This document shows positions 11,717-23,225 of a stretch of 64,000 nucleotides of DNA, in pieces. Numbering within the stretch: position 1 is the first letter of the stretch; each line of letters begins with the position of its first letter. The DNA is from Penicillus capitatus (Eukaryota; Plantae; Chlorophyta): assembly GCA_965649825.1 (NCBI GenBank), contig OZ287698.1, positions 1,131,949-1,195,948 of the forward strand, in the 5' to 3' direction. The notes under the pieces were generated by a model. The model was not told the DNA's origin. It ran no database searches and saw only the letters and a program-made list of their open reading frames with translations. Made by a program: the position numbers and the translations under genes.

Positions 11717-13771
11717 ATGGACGATCCTCCAGGATCTCGACTGTTCGTTGTTTGCGGTAAAACTGCCGAGGTAAACGTCGGTGCATATTTTCACGCGAAA
11801 ATCCGTCAACATCGCTTTTGTATATCATTCTTCTGAGTGTCGCGGGTTTTCTAGGAAGAGCTTCTGAAAAATGCGTTCGAGCCCTACGGCACAGTCACGA
11901 ACGTAAAAGTGATTCGCGACAAGGGAGGTAAGCGTTGTTTTGCAGCGCCTTGCGTTGTCTAGCGTGGTTATTAACCACCACGTGCTGAAAGTGCCCTTGC
12001 TGTTTGTTTTTAGTCGCGTACGTGAAGTTTGACAAAGCGTCATGTGCAGCAGAAGCCATGGAGCATCTCAATGGGGCAGTTTTGAACAACGGCCGAGGTC
12101 CCAAGCTTAAGGTCCTACTTGCGGAATCGCCGAACTCGCGGTACGTTTCGCATCTGTCGCGCTTCTTTCACCGATAGTTCGCAGAAATATTCCGCCGACG
12201 CGGCATCAGATGGAGATGGAGTTAGCGTGTGACCCGGATAACATTCCGCCTCGGTCCAGGTTGTTTCTCGTTGTTCCAAAGACAGCTGACGCACAAATGA
12301 TCAAGGTAACCCTCCCTCATCAACATCAGCTGTCGAACCGCTCAAATCGACAACGGTCGGTCCCAGGATGAAATGAGTAAGTATTCGGACATGGAGTACT
12401 GCAAGACGGATTTAATCCAGTCAAAGGGAGTGGTGTTCTGTAAGTACTCTAAGGCATCATCGGCATTAAAAGCTATGGAAACCATTAACGAAAGCAGTAC
12501 TGTATGTACACGATCCCTACACGACCATATCAAAGACAGCCTCGTTTGTTGTGTTTTCCTTACAGTTGGCAGGATATAGAGTGAAGTGCATGTTAGCAGA
12601 ACCAAAGCACAAACGAACGCGTGTAGAAGGTCTTATTCCTGCATTTGTTCCACCGGTTCAGGTATATCTATCGCTCACGATCTTTTGCGGATGGGCGCTG
12701 ATCTTGCTGCGTTGACTGTTGTTAGAATCGACCTGAGTTTGCTGAATTTCCCATCGGGGCCATGCACATGACGAATCCGTGTGGACTCTCACCATTACAT
12801 GCATTCCCCAACATCAATGGTCTGAATAACGCAGCCGCCATGAACCCAATGAACGGTATCGGAATCAGTAGTTTGCCACTCATGTCAAGTCCCCTTTCGA
12901 AAATGACCGGATCTTTAATGTTGCCATCTGCCAACACGGGATCCATGTTGGGTACGCCCAATTCCGTCATGATGAGTACAGGAAGTAAGCAACATCCTCT
13001 CGCACATGATGTCATCAATATACATATCGTGGGTTAACAGATGCCGCCTTCAGTCCCAATAGTGTCGGATCTCCCGGCATGTGTGGTCATATCGGAGAAC
13101 AACCCTCATGCCTCTCAACCAGCGGAGATATTGGTTCCTATGGGGCAATGGAAAATTCACCAGCCAACAACAGCGGCGACTCCCAGCCTCAGTTGAGCAA
13201 ACTGCGTTTGTTCGTTGTAGTTTATAAGGTATGTACGCGTTTCCTCAATCGCCGCCCCTGTTTGACGCACTCGAGTGTATCTTGTCTTGAACAGGGCGTT
13301 ACCGAAGACATGCTTGCAAGACTCTTCCGTCGTTTTCCAGGAATGGAATATTGTGATCTGAAAAAAGACCGACGCACTAACAAGTCCAAGGTGAGCGGAT
13401 GCTTCTAGAGTGGACGATGATGGGATAAATGCTGCTGTGCTGTGCTGTAGGGCTATTGCTACGTGAATTACTCTACACATGAAGCTGCCGCTCAAGCTGT
13501 GCAGCATTTGCATGGTATTGAATTTCCGCCCCATTCGAGCCATAGACTTAAGGTGATGTTTGCCGAACCGCTGGGAGCAAAGCCGTCCCACACATCTCGC
13601 TCATCCGTTACCTCTGCATCGTTCGACCCGGCGTCGTACGATTCTCAGGCAATTGACGGGGCGAATCCACTGGAGGATCGCCTCGTGGAGGATGGAGATA
13701 GTGTGACCGGGACGAATTTTTCTCTGAACGGCAACCCTGACGAAAGCAAAGTTTATGCTCTGATGTCTTGA
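11717..13771 (+). CDS. Multi-RRM RNA-binding protein, RBM45-like (many introns; 3' end approximate)
   Basis: Three RRMs each starting with SRLFVV/SRLFLV/LRLFVV; VAYVKFDKAS, VFCKYSKAS and YCYVNYST RNP1-like motifs. Confidence 0.85.
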
Positions 13772-14039
13772 TCAAGCCTTTACTAGTGTGATATCTGATA
13801 CTCCACTTTGGACACGCTGAGATTGCGTAGGCAGAAAATCGCTGAGTTTTCTTGTCGACTCGATTCGTCCCATACGTTTACAGTTTTGTTTCATTATCTG
13901 GAGTGAGATCGAACAAGGCGCAGGTTGACTGGATTGAAGAGTCCACTCCGTTTGTCATTTGATTTCTTTTCCCGACATGCCTACCTCTGAATCTATGTAT
14001 GCGACAGGCTCCTCTGTCGAAACGCATACATTAACTCGG

Positions 14040-15070
14040 CACTACTAAGAAAGAAAAAGAACATATAAAACCTAAAGAGTACGTGCATTATAGTGTAGCC
14101 AGTGGATAGACCGATTCCATAAAATTCTGTTTGACTGTGTACAAGCAAGCAGGGCAAAACGAATGCCGTGCTAGTCCTCGATTTTGTTCTTGCTTTACGG
14201 AAGAGTTGCCCTGTTCCTCCTTCAAACCGGGGGTTCTCTATTGGCAGTAACAGTTGAGCAACATGTCAGTATTCTTATTCTTTCGGAAAAAAGCAGATTC
14301 TATAGTTCGTTGGTATGCAAGTCAGCATCACGTTTCTTCTACCGTGTGAGTTCCGGGAAATTCCATTCTGAGTCTTTAACAACATCATTTGTTCCTTTTT
14401 TTCATTGGATCTTTGGGCACCAAGCTCTGGTTTTGCTAATCGAGATTCATCACTTTTTCCTAACTCTGCTAGAAAAGAGTCATGGTATCGATTGCGAAAC
14501 TTTAGACCATTGAGATATGCATGTCTTCTTTGGGCAGCTGCAAACTCATTCGAAGACATCATGTGGGGTATTTGGACACGTTACTCGACTTGAAGACAAC
14601 GACATGATATTGCGAAACCATCGAAAACAACGCTGGTATTGCTTTGTGTTACATGACGGGCTGAATCTCTGTGTTGGACATACGTGGTTTATCCGAGTGG
14701 TGTCGTTACCAGACGACAGAGGATTTCGAAAACTATGCATTGAATACGATATACCACTGTCTTTGTTCGTTTCGTTCATACATCTCAATTCAGGATTCGC
14801 TACTGTGTGACTCCATAGCGTCCTACCGCCTGCCGCGTCGTCTGTCTCTATGCACAGCTCTTCCTGACGATAGCGATCCCAAAAACCGAATGCAATCCGC
14901 CCGCCGTTCGACATGCGTTGTGCATTTGTCGATTCTTCACGGACGCTCTGCCAGCATCGGTTCATAACACAATGGAGGAATCTGTCGTATTCTCGAGACA
15001 CGTGCTGTTTTCGACGAGGTCTTCGTCTGAACCGAGGCCAAAACGTCGACAGTGTCGACGCTCGAAACAC
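14040..15070 (-). CDS. Hypothetical protein (model uncertain)
   Basis: Overlapping minus-strand ORFs 14546-15070 and 14275-14562; no recognised motif. Confidence 0.25.
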
Positions 15071-15372
15071 GAACGCCGTGAGAAAAGGTTGCTCTCCGCC
15101 TCCTCTCTTGCCGGTCGCGATGGAGAATTCGATAAACAGAACAGAAAAGGCAAAAGAGCATTTGCCTCATCGAACGCAGCACTCAGTGTGCGCAGTGACG
15201 CGCATGACGGGCGGCAATGTTTGCGGTACTCTTCTCGATGAAGAGGATTCCTGAGATACGCCCTTTGTTCAGAACAGACGCGAGTTTCCACAACTAGCGC
15301 AGCGTGGACGAGCTTTGCCGTGGCTTAGCGTGCTATCTGTCATCGTTCGTCCAAGCGAAGAGTGGATGATGC

Positions 15373-17338
15373 ATGCACGGTGCGATGAACGACGTGACCC
15401 GGAGTTCATTCACTGCGGCAAGACTTGACATCAGAGCTTTGCTTAGGACATTGCAAATGGTCAGACGAGCTGCAGATTCGTCCTACGATTCGTTCAAAGG
15501 AATAGCGAAACCGTCCGTTGATATGGTGCTTCATGTCTCTCTCGGCTCGCGGTCGTAACGAAGAAGGCGTTTCACAGGCCGTGGAGGAAAACAAAGAGTG
15601 GGAGCGGTTCTGGAAACTCATGAGCTTTCACTACAACCGCATCGATTCTCGAGACGCTTTGCCATCCGCTCCGGAGCCCGAGGGTACAAGTCAGCTCCGT
15701 CGAGGAGGATTCACACATACCTTAACCAAATGCGACAGCATGTCTTTGCAGATGTTATCATGGAAGATGTCATGGAGGTGACGCCTTGCGAAGGACCGTC
15801 GGTTTTGAAGCGTATACGCGAGTGGGAACTGTTGGAACATCCATCAAAGGTATCCAGGACATGGAGTAACACGAATGCTCGTGAGAGAACAGAGAGCTGT
15901 TCGTTTTTCTTTGAGTGATCAAGCTTGTTGCTAATAAACTCAACGAACGTATCGTGCTCTTCGTGTAAGTTCCTCATGCTGCTCTCTCTTATCTCTTCCT
16001 CGCGAAACGAACTGGATGTGTGGAGAACGCGGAAAGCCACGACGATATCTGTTCCCGACGCGAAGAAGGCGAAAGCGTCAGCGAGCACAGCTAAGGGGAT
16101 AGCGAGCAATGGTGATGGCGATGCGGGGATGAAACGCAGTTAGAGGTGACGAAGCTCGTCCTTGACTGTCTCCGGTACACAAGACAGGTAATCGGCATCG
16201 AGCGTTTAAGCGGAAGGCCGAAAGCACGAACATACGTCGAAAAGGAATCGCGTTGTCATGCGATGCATCCATTCTTTGCGTTCTTACCTTTGCTGAGCGT
16301 ACACCGCAATGCGTCATCATGCGGAAGCTCGAAAGCCTTTCTCCGTTTGTGAACGCCTCGCTGGTCGGCGGCATCATACAGATGTGTTGTTTCTGATGGC
16401 CCTTGGCACAGGCATGTTCATGAATGCCGAGCCCATATCTGCGTTGTGTCGTCTATGGATTGAGTAGACGCCTTCGTTTCTTACCGAGTGTTCGTAGCAA
16501 TTGCCGTCAGACTCAAGTTTCGGATCACGGTCGTCATTCTTGACGATCGATCGATGTGACATCCCATGCAACAGAAGCCGAGGTTACAAAGAGTACTTGT
16601 CGGAATTGATTCTTTTGATCAAAGGGCGACGTGCATTCGGATCATGAACGCGGGAAACCATTCAACAGAACGGACACTGTGGCGTGAGACGCGGAAGCAT
16701 ATCCATGGTGTGTTATTCACTAGGTTCACAGCCTCTACCCATCTCCGTACACTTGTAGAATGTGAGACTCGGAAAGCGGAGCTCCAATTGGAAGAGCAAT
16801 GCCAAAGAAATCTCCTCAAGAAGTACACCGATGAGATCGAGGACTTGAAGAAGAGTTCCCCTTCCGCCTTGACATCCGTGTCATCCTCATCCGTGGATAA
16901 TTCTCTTTTTAGGCGTCGACGAGGAAAGAGCGTTGCGATCGGCATTGGAGGCAAAAGCTAAGCGCATCGAAATCGAAGGGGAGGTGAAGCGGCACCTGTG
17001 CTGCGTGCTCTATGGTGTTCTGTCGTTATGGTGACAGGAGTTGCATCAGCTGCTATCGATGACACGAGATGATGTCCACGTGCTGCATGCACGGGTCGAC
17101 GAGATGCAGAAGCGGTTGAACGTATCACTGAGGGCTGAAGAAGAAGAAAGGCAAGTGCGAGCGCCACGTGTACAAGCATCGAGAGATTCTGTACCTGGGC
17201 AGAGATTTCTTCGCGCAGCATCTCAAGGAACAGGACGAATTCGCAAAGGCCTGGGAGAAATACAGCGTGACCGAAAATCGCGTTGATGTGACAGCACATT
17301 CGACAGACGCATGTTCGGAGCTCGACGAGTTGATGTGA
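15373..17338 (+). CDS. Hypothetical coiled-coil protein (multi-exon; boundaries approximate)
   Basis: Protein-like exons EENKEWERFWKLMSFHYNRIDSRD, LQLEEQCQRNLLKKYTDEIEDLKK and KHREILYLGRDFFAQHLKEQDEF. Confidence 0.45.
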
Positions 17339-17694
17339 CACGTGCCATGATGAAGAGATTCCATTAGCTCAATTCGCTTTTCTCTTGACAAACATAACTT
17401 TCATAATTCATGCCGTCCATTCCATCAAGTGCAGTGACGGAGAAGACGCGTCTCCATCGATACGGTGAAGAATTTTTTTTATTCAAGAAATCTCGAACCA
17501 TCCACCTCCATGAAAAAAGGTACAGGACACCAGTGCTTTCTAAAAAGGAGGGACATCGTGAGACCGATCAATTTCAAAGAGTGAGATGGATGGTAATATG
17601 AAGGCTCCCGCATGTCATTCCGTGGAGGAGAATAACGACAGTCTTTATTCTTTCGAGCAGGAACAAGAGATCTCCATCGACGGCAATGCTCGGT

Positions 17695-18847
17695 CTAGTA
17701 GGGATCGAGAACGCGCTTAGCCTTGCCGTCGAAATGGAACAAACCGAAGTTTGCTTCCCCTCGATGTGTAGAGCCTCCAAAGGCGTTCTTCCACTCCGCA
17801 TTTCGAAATTCGAAAAAATAGTAAGGTACAGGATTTTTAGCTACAGCGCCGAGGAAAGCCTAGATACACACATCTCACACTTTTGCTGTGTACTCGGCGT
17901 CGATGGGCGTGTGACCTTTACGAAGTGATACTGCAGCATTTCGCTGCCAGGTTGAGTGTCTCCGGAGTAAGGGTCGCTATCGGATGGCCATCCCACTTCA
18001 GCGACGACGATTTTGTGCCCAGGGAACTGTGAACGGAATGAGTTTAACTTCAACTGAAATCTCTCGGCGGCGGCGATTCCCATTTTTTCTGGATCATCAA
18101 GTTTTGGGAGTGTCCAGTCATAAAATGGATGAATATTGACGCCTACGGCATCAGAAACGGCTACGACACCAGAATTCGGACTCTCTTCGACGGAGAAGAT
18201 ATCGACACTCTTTAACATTTCACTTCCCACTGCATAACCTAATCCCCGCACCTGAACACCGAAACCCAAAGCTCACACAATGAGCATACGAATCGGCAAA
18301 GCCCACCCTGTTTCTCGCTTCGCTAACAAAATAGGCCATGTAATCGGGAGATGCTTGTCCCCTAAAAAGAACCTAGAGAACAGACCATTCGCGTATCGAC
18401 AGACTATCGAGGCACGCACTTCATTTCCAATGACGATGCCTTCGAGTGCTGCATAGGGGTACTGCTCTAGGTACTTCATGAGCATATTGAGTTCCGCGTG
18501 ATCTCTTTGATTGTTCTCCATCCAAACGCCCAGAAGCAATGACAATTGCCCTTCGCTTGCTTTCTTCAGGAGACCATGCATGACATCGGGACACTCAGTC
18601 GAGTACAGCCGAATTCGATTCGTATGCTGTAGCATGAGACCGACGTCTTCTTCCAATTCTTCAGGAGTTCGACAGACGCCCATCGTTGTATACGGCGAAT
18701 AACATAACCCATAGAAGCCTCCATGCACCTATACGGCACGTGCATTGCCGTTTGACGCATACAGACGCGACGCCTCACTTGATAGAGATTGGCGCAGACG
18801 ATGACGCCAATGGTCAGTAAGAGGAAGGGACTATTTGAGACCGCCAT
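17695..18847 (-). CDS. Secreted GH17-type beta-1,3-glucanase/transglucosylase (paralog 1)
   Basis: Signal peptide; YGLCYSPY, RIRLYS, GIVIGNEV (acid/base E), VNIHPFY, VAEVGWPS (nucleophile E) and YFFEFRNAEWK; 4 GT-AG introns. Confidence 0.88.
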
Positions 18848-19209
18848 ATAGTTTCTACTTAGTAGACGTGCTGACGACCGTCTCACTACAGAGAGAGATG
18901 GCGGCTATCTTCGGACGAGAAACAGGGTGCGTGCGGACTGGGTATCAATACCGCTAATGCGTGTTATTAAGGGGCAAGGCGAACCGTCGGAAAAGACAGA
19001 AACGAATAGGAACTTCTTGTTCGAACCGCGGATACAACGTAGGATCGTGAATCTTCATTGTAGTTCGTACTGTCGAGGCGAGACGCGTTGAAAACAGTCT
19101 GTTTCTTCGACCTACGCGCCGCCGCTGGCCGCCTTTACTTACCGTTCCCTCAACCCACGCACGGCACTTCGTTTGTTCAACAGAGGCAGGAGTGACCGCA
19201 TTGGAAGGC

Positions 19210-20310
19210 ATGACACCGACTCTGGTGTTCTTCATTCTTTCCACTTTATTCATTTGCACTCAAGTCACTCTTCTGTCTTCCCTTTGCCTTGCTGACGACG
19301 TTGTGATTATTATCATCATCCCAGGGAGGATCGAATTGTCAGGTGTATGGAATGACGTACAGTCCTTACCGGGCAATGGACACCTGCCCCACTGCAGACG
19401 AAGCAACAGAAGATGTCGAGATACTCCTACGCCATACAAGCCGCGTTCGCACATACACCACACTCTGCAGGGAAGCGAATAGAGCCTTGATGCGTCGAGC
19501 CACGAAAGGCACCCTATCCGTTCTCTTCGGCATCTGGATTGACGGAGTGGAGATGGATCAGATGGAGATCGACCACTTCATGGAAGTACTGCGAGAATTT
19601 CCCCATGCTCATCTGGAAGGAATCGCCGTCGGCAATGAAGTAGCATTTAGAGGCTCGCTCACAGAAGACCAAGTTGTCCAACTCGTCAACGACATGCGGA
19701 AAAAAGTTCTGCCAATCTCCCCGCCGCAGCCTTCGCTGAAGGTGCTGTGCTTGTAGATTCGAGATTTGGGCGAAGAGCTTTCGAGCGACGTGTTGCTGAA
19801 TGTCCCTGTGTTTACCATCGACATCATTCCGAAACCGGCTTTGGTCGAGGTCTCCGATGTCGTTGCCATCAACATCCATCCGTTTTATCGTCTGGATTTG
19901 CCTCATGTGGCCAATCCTGAAGAGATGTCGGACGAAATCGTAAAGGCTGCGGCGCAGCAGATCGACATCTATCGAAACATGGCACCTGACAAAGAACTGG
20001 TCATCACAGAAATTGGCTGGCCATCTGATTCTTCTGAACAAACGGACCCGAATGTCGGCAGCATGGAACTGTCACGCCTGTTCCTGAAAGTAAGTGTCTT
20101 TTTCGCACCGTTTCCTGCTGCAGCCATGATTCTCTGCAGAAGTTTACAGCTTTTGCAGCGACAGCCGATTTGCAGTATTATTTCTTTGAGATTTTCGATG
20201 CGGAGTGGAAGATGGATTGGTATCCTGATCTGGACACATCTCTTTCCGAATTTCACTGGGGACTGTACTCTGCCAACAGAAAGGCACCAAAATTCCCTGA
20301 ATGTCTCTAG
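19210..20310 (+). CDS. Secreted GH17-type beta-1,3-glucanase/transglucosylase (paralog 2)
   Basis: Signal peptide; YGMTYSPY, RVRTY, GIAVGNEV, INIHPFY, ITEIGWPS, YYFFEIFDAEWK and HWGLY; 3 GT-AG introns. Confidence 0.9.
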
Positions 20311-20469
20311 TTAGCTACATCCGTTTGATACAGTAGCAATGACAAGCATTATCCGCACCCGTAATAAGAGATGAGAAATGCCTCAGAGCACTGGGGGAGT
20401 TAGGGGTTATCTCTAGAAAATACGCATAAAGTGCTCACATCGTCGCCAGGCATGGCATTTTCACATACC

Positions 20470-21385
20470 TCAGCTGACGCCAAATTCTTTGTCTACTGCG
20501 TTTTCATGCAAGGGCAATGATTCGCAGATCCGTTTTAACATTTCGTCGATTAGAGTCCATTCGATGAGGAGGTCATCCTCAAAGAAACGCGGATTTCGAT
20601 GAGGATCGATTCCTCTGCGAAACAGAACAGAAAATGCTATCCAATGTTTGGCCATCGTCCTCCGCTGCATCTTGCCTCAGAATGTCATCCCATCTAGAGG
20701 AATGCTCTTCTACTGTCCTTGCTGCTTCGGCATCGAAAGCGTCCAGATCTGCATTGATTGAAGAACTGCGTGGACAACTGGACGACATCTCATTCCCATC
20801 TCCATCTGAGGAAAACTGTGGAAGGCTGTTCGAATCTGTGACGGCATCCAGCGCGCTTCCCAAAGTCGTTGATCGTCGTCGTGTCACAGCTTCACCACTG
20901 CGAGAAAGGGTGAAGGCAGAAGGGATTTCATTTTCATCGTTCTTCCATTCCGACGGCGAATCGTCGGTGTGCCAACTCGCTATTCGAATGCTTCGGCAAT
21001 CATCCGCAGATGAAGTGAGATCTGAAACGGATCGCGCGATAAACAAGGGCGAAGCGATCAGAGAAGGCTGCCCGACAGAAGATGTCGATCCTCGCTGATC
21101 TATCGGCGAAGCGTCCCGTGATGGGCGAATCTCTTTCGCCGACGTCTGTGCTCGATCGAGGTGTGTGAACAGCCTTTCCACTCGCCACGCAGCACTCTCC
21201 GTCAGATACGCGTTTCGACATGGCACATCTTTTCTCTTCCTTTGTCGGTTACGTTGCTTTTCACCAGCGCTGTTCTGCAATGAATCGGCATTGCTTGGCA
21301 TTCAGATGTCGCACACGGTTCACACCTCTCTCTTAGATTCGATGATCACCGGTTTCAGTTTTTTCGACGATTTTCCTCGCATCAT
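20470..21385 (-). CDS. Hypothetical Ser-rich protein with short helical C-terminus
   Basis: 240-aa ORF 20579-21301 plus a terminal exon (FFEDDLLIEWTLIDEMLKRICE); no family recognised. Confidence 0.4.
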
Positions 21386-21718
21386 GCAGAGCGCTGCATT
21401 GAGAGCGCGTTTCCTCAGGGCACCACCCCCTTCGATGTCAGATCCCAATGGATCTGCCAATTCCAACGGCGCTTGACAACGCCATGATATATCGTACACA
21501 CTCCTTCCCCTCTTCTCTCCACGCTCATCGTCGCCGTTCTCCCGAAAACTATTCACCGAAGATATTTCTCCACTCTACGCAACACATCACGTCTGCAAAG
21601 AGACAACGACAGTTACATTGCCTTTGCCATCACTGCGCGGACGTCATACACAGACATCACTGTCGTCGTCCACATACGATGAGGACCTGCCGTCGTACGT
21701 CACATCTACGTGTTTCCT

Positions 21719-23154
21719 ATGGCCATGCATGTTCGACCGAGTGGTCACCGACTGAGCCACATCGAGACGTTTCACTCGACGAGACGACGATGGACGATTC
21801 GTGCAGAGAACCGACCCGAAGAGGCACAATCCCGTGTCGATGATGACGGTGTCAGTGAATCTGCCTCGAATCGTCCTGCCTTCATGAAGCGACGCAGTGG
21901 ACCCAGTAAAAGAAAACTGCGCCGGAGCAAACGCATGGAAGCATTGTCTGCGGCATTGGCCTCCAAGAAACGCAATGCAAAAGATGCGACCCAAGCGACG
22001 GCCTCTCCTGCTCTCGATCGTGCAGCATCGGCTCCAGAATTGTACCAGGAGGCAGATACAGAGAGCGACGCAGAACTGCGCGAAGCTGCGATGAATCCGA
22101 GTTTCAAAGTGAAGATCCCATACAACGCAGAGAAGAAGAAGGACGTGCATTTTGAGAATGATCCAGAAGATCTCTGCGTTCTGCCAAAGCCTATTTATAT
22201 CATCTCAGACTGCACAGGCACTCCTACTGTCTACGCCAAGTGCGTAGATATGAACCATGTGTTTCGGCAGGGGACAGTGCCGCAAAGACAGTGAAAGCAG
22301 CCCTGGGACAATTCGAGTCGAGTATTCAGGCTCACTGTCCCGCCAGCTTGATGATGTTTCGATTTGTATCGGACGAGAAACGGATCTGCCAGATTGTCGA
22401 AGATGCCTCGAAGGAGGATGCATTGGTGGTGTTCACACTGGTGAATCCTGACTTGGTGGCCGTCGCGCATACAACATGTGCGCTTTTCGAAGTCAAGTAT
22501 GTGGATCTATGGTCTGATCTCCTGAACATCATGGAAGATCACCTGGATGCCATGAGAAGGTAAGATGCACTCTCCCGGAGGCACGGCTTTTTCTGAAACG
22601 ATCGATCTAGTGTCTGGCCTCTAAATCATCCAAATCGGGGACCTCGACGAGTCTTGGATCCTGAGTACTTTAAGCGGATCGAAGCGGTGGAGTATACGAG
22701 AAAGATGGATGATGGAGCGCAGCCAGAGTTGTGGAACCTTGCCGATATTTTGCTCTTGGGTGTGTCCAGAAGCGGCAAGACACCCTTGTCGATCTATCTG
22801 GGACAACAGGGCTACAAAGTGGCAAATCTGCCATTGGTCAAAGGAATCTCGATTCCTGCAGAACTCTACGAAATTGACCAGTCCAAAATCTTTGCCCTCA
22901 CTATCGAGCCGCAGCATTTATTCAAGATCCGTCGCAGTCGAATGGGATCTATGGGCGTGAGCAACGGGCGCAGTATGTATGCCGATTTAAAAGGCGTCGT
23001 TGACGAATTGGAATTTGCTCATGCCATTTATCGGACGAATCCAGAGTGGCCAGTTCTGGACGTGACGCAGATGGGCGTCGAAGAAACTGCAGCCAAGATC
23101 GAGAGAATCCTGAGCGACCGTCATGGACTGTCGGAACGCGTTCTCTATGCTTGA
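21719..23154 (+). CDS. Pyruvate,phosphate dikinase regulatory protein (kinase/pyrophosphorylase, DUF299); contains a GC-AG intron at 22218-22270
   Basis: IYIISDCTGDSA, YFKRIEAVEYTRKMDDG, ADILLLGVSRSGKTPLSIYLGQQGYKVANLPLV and WPVLDVTQMGVEETAAKI. Confidence 0.95.
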
Positions 23155-23225
23155 TGGATGGATGCTGTGAATGGATACATTTTGTACTCTGTCCGCCTTC
23201 TGGAAACGCAAGCAACGTTTTCCGT

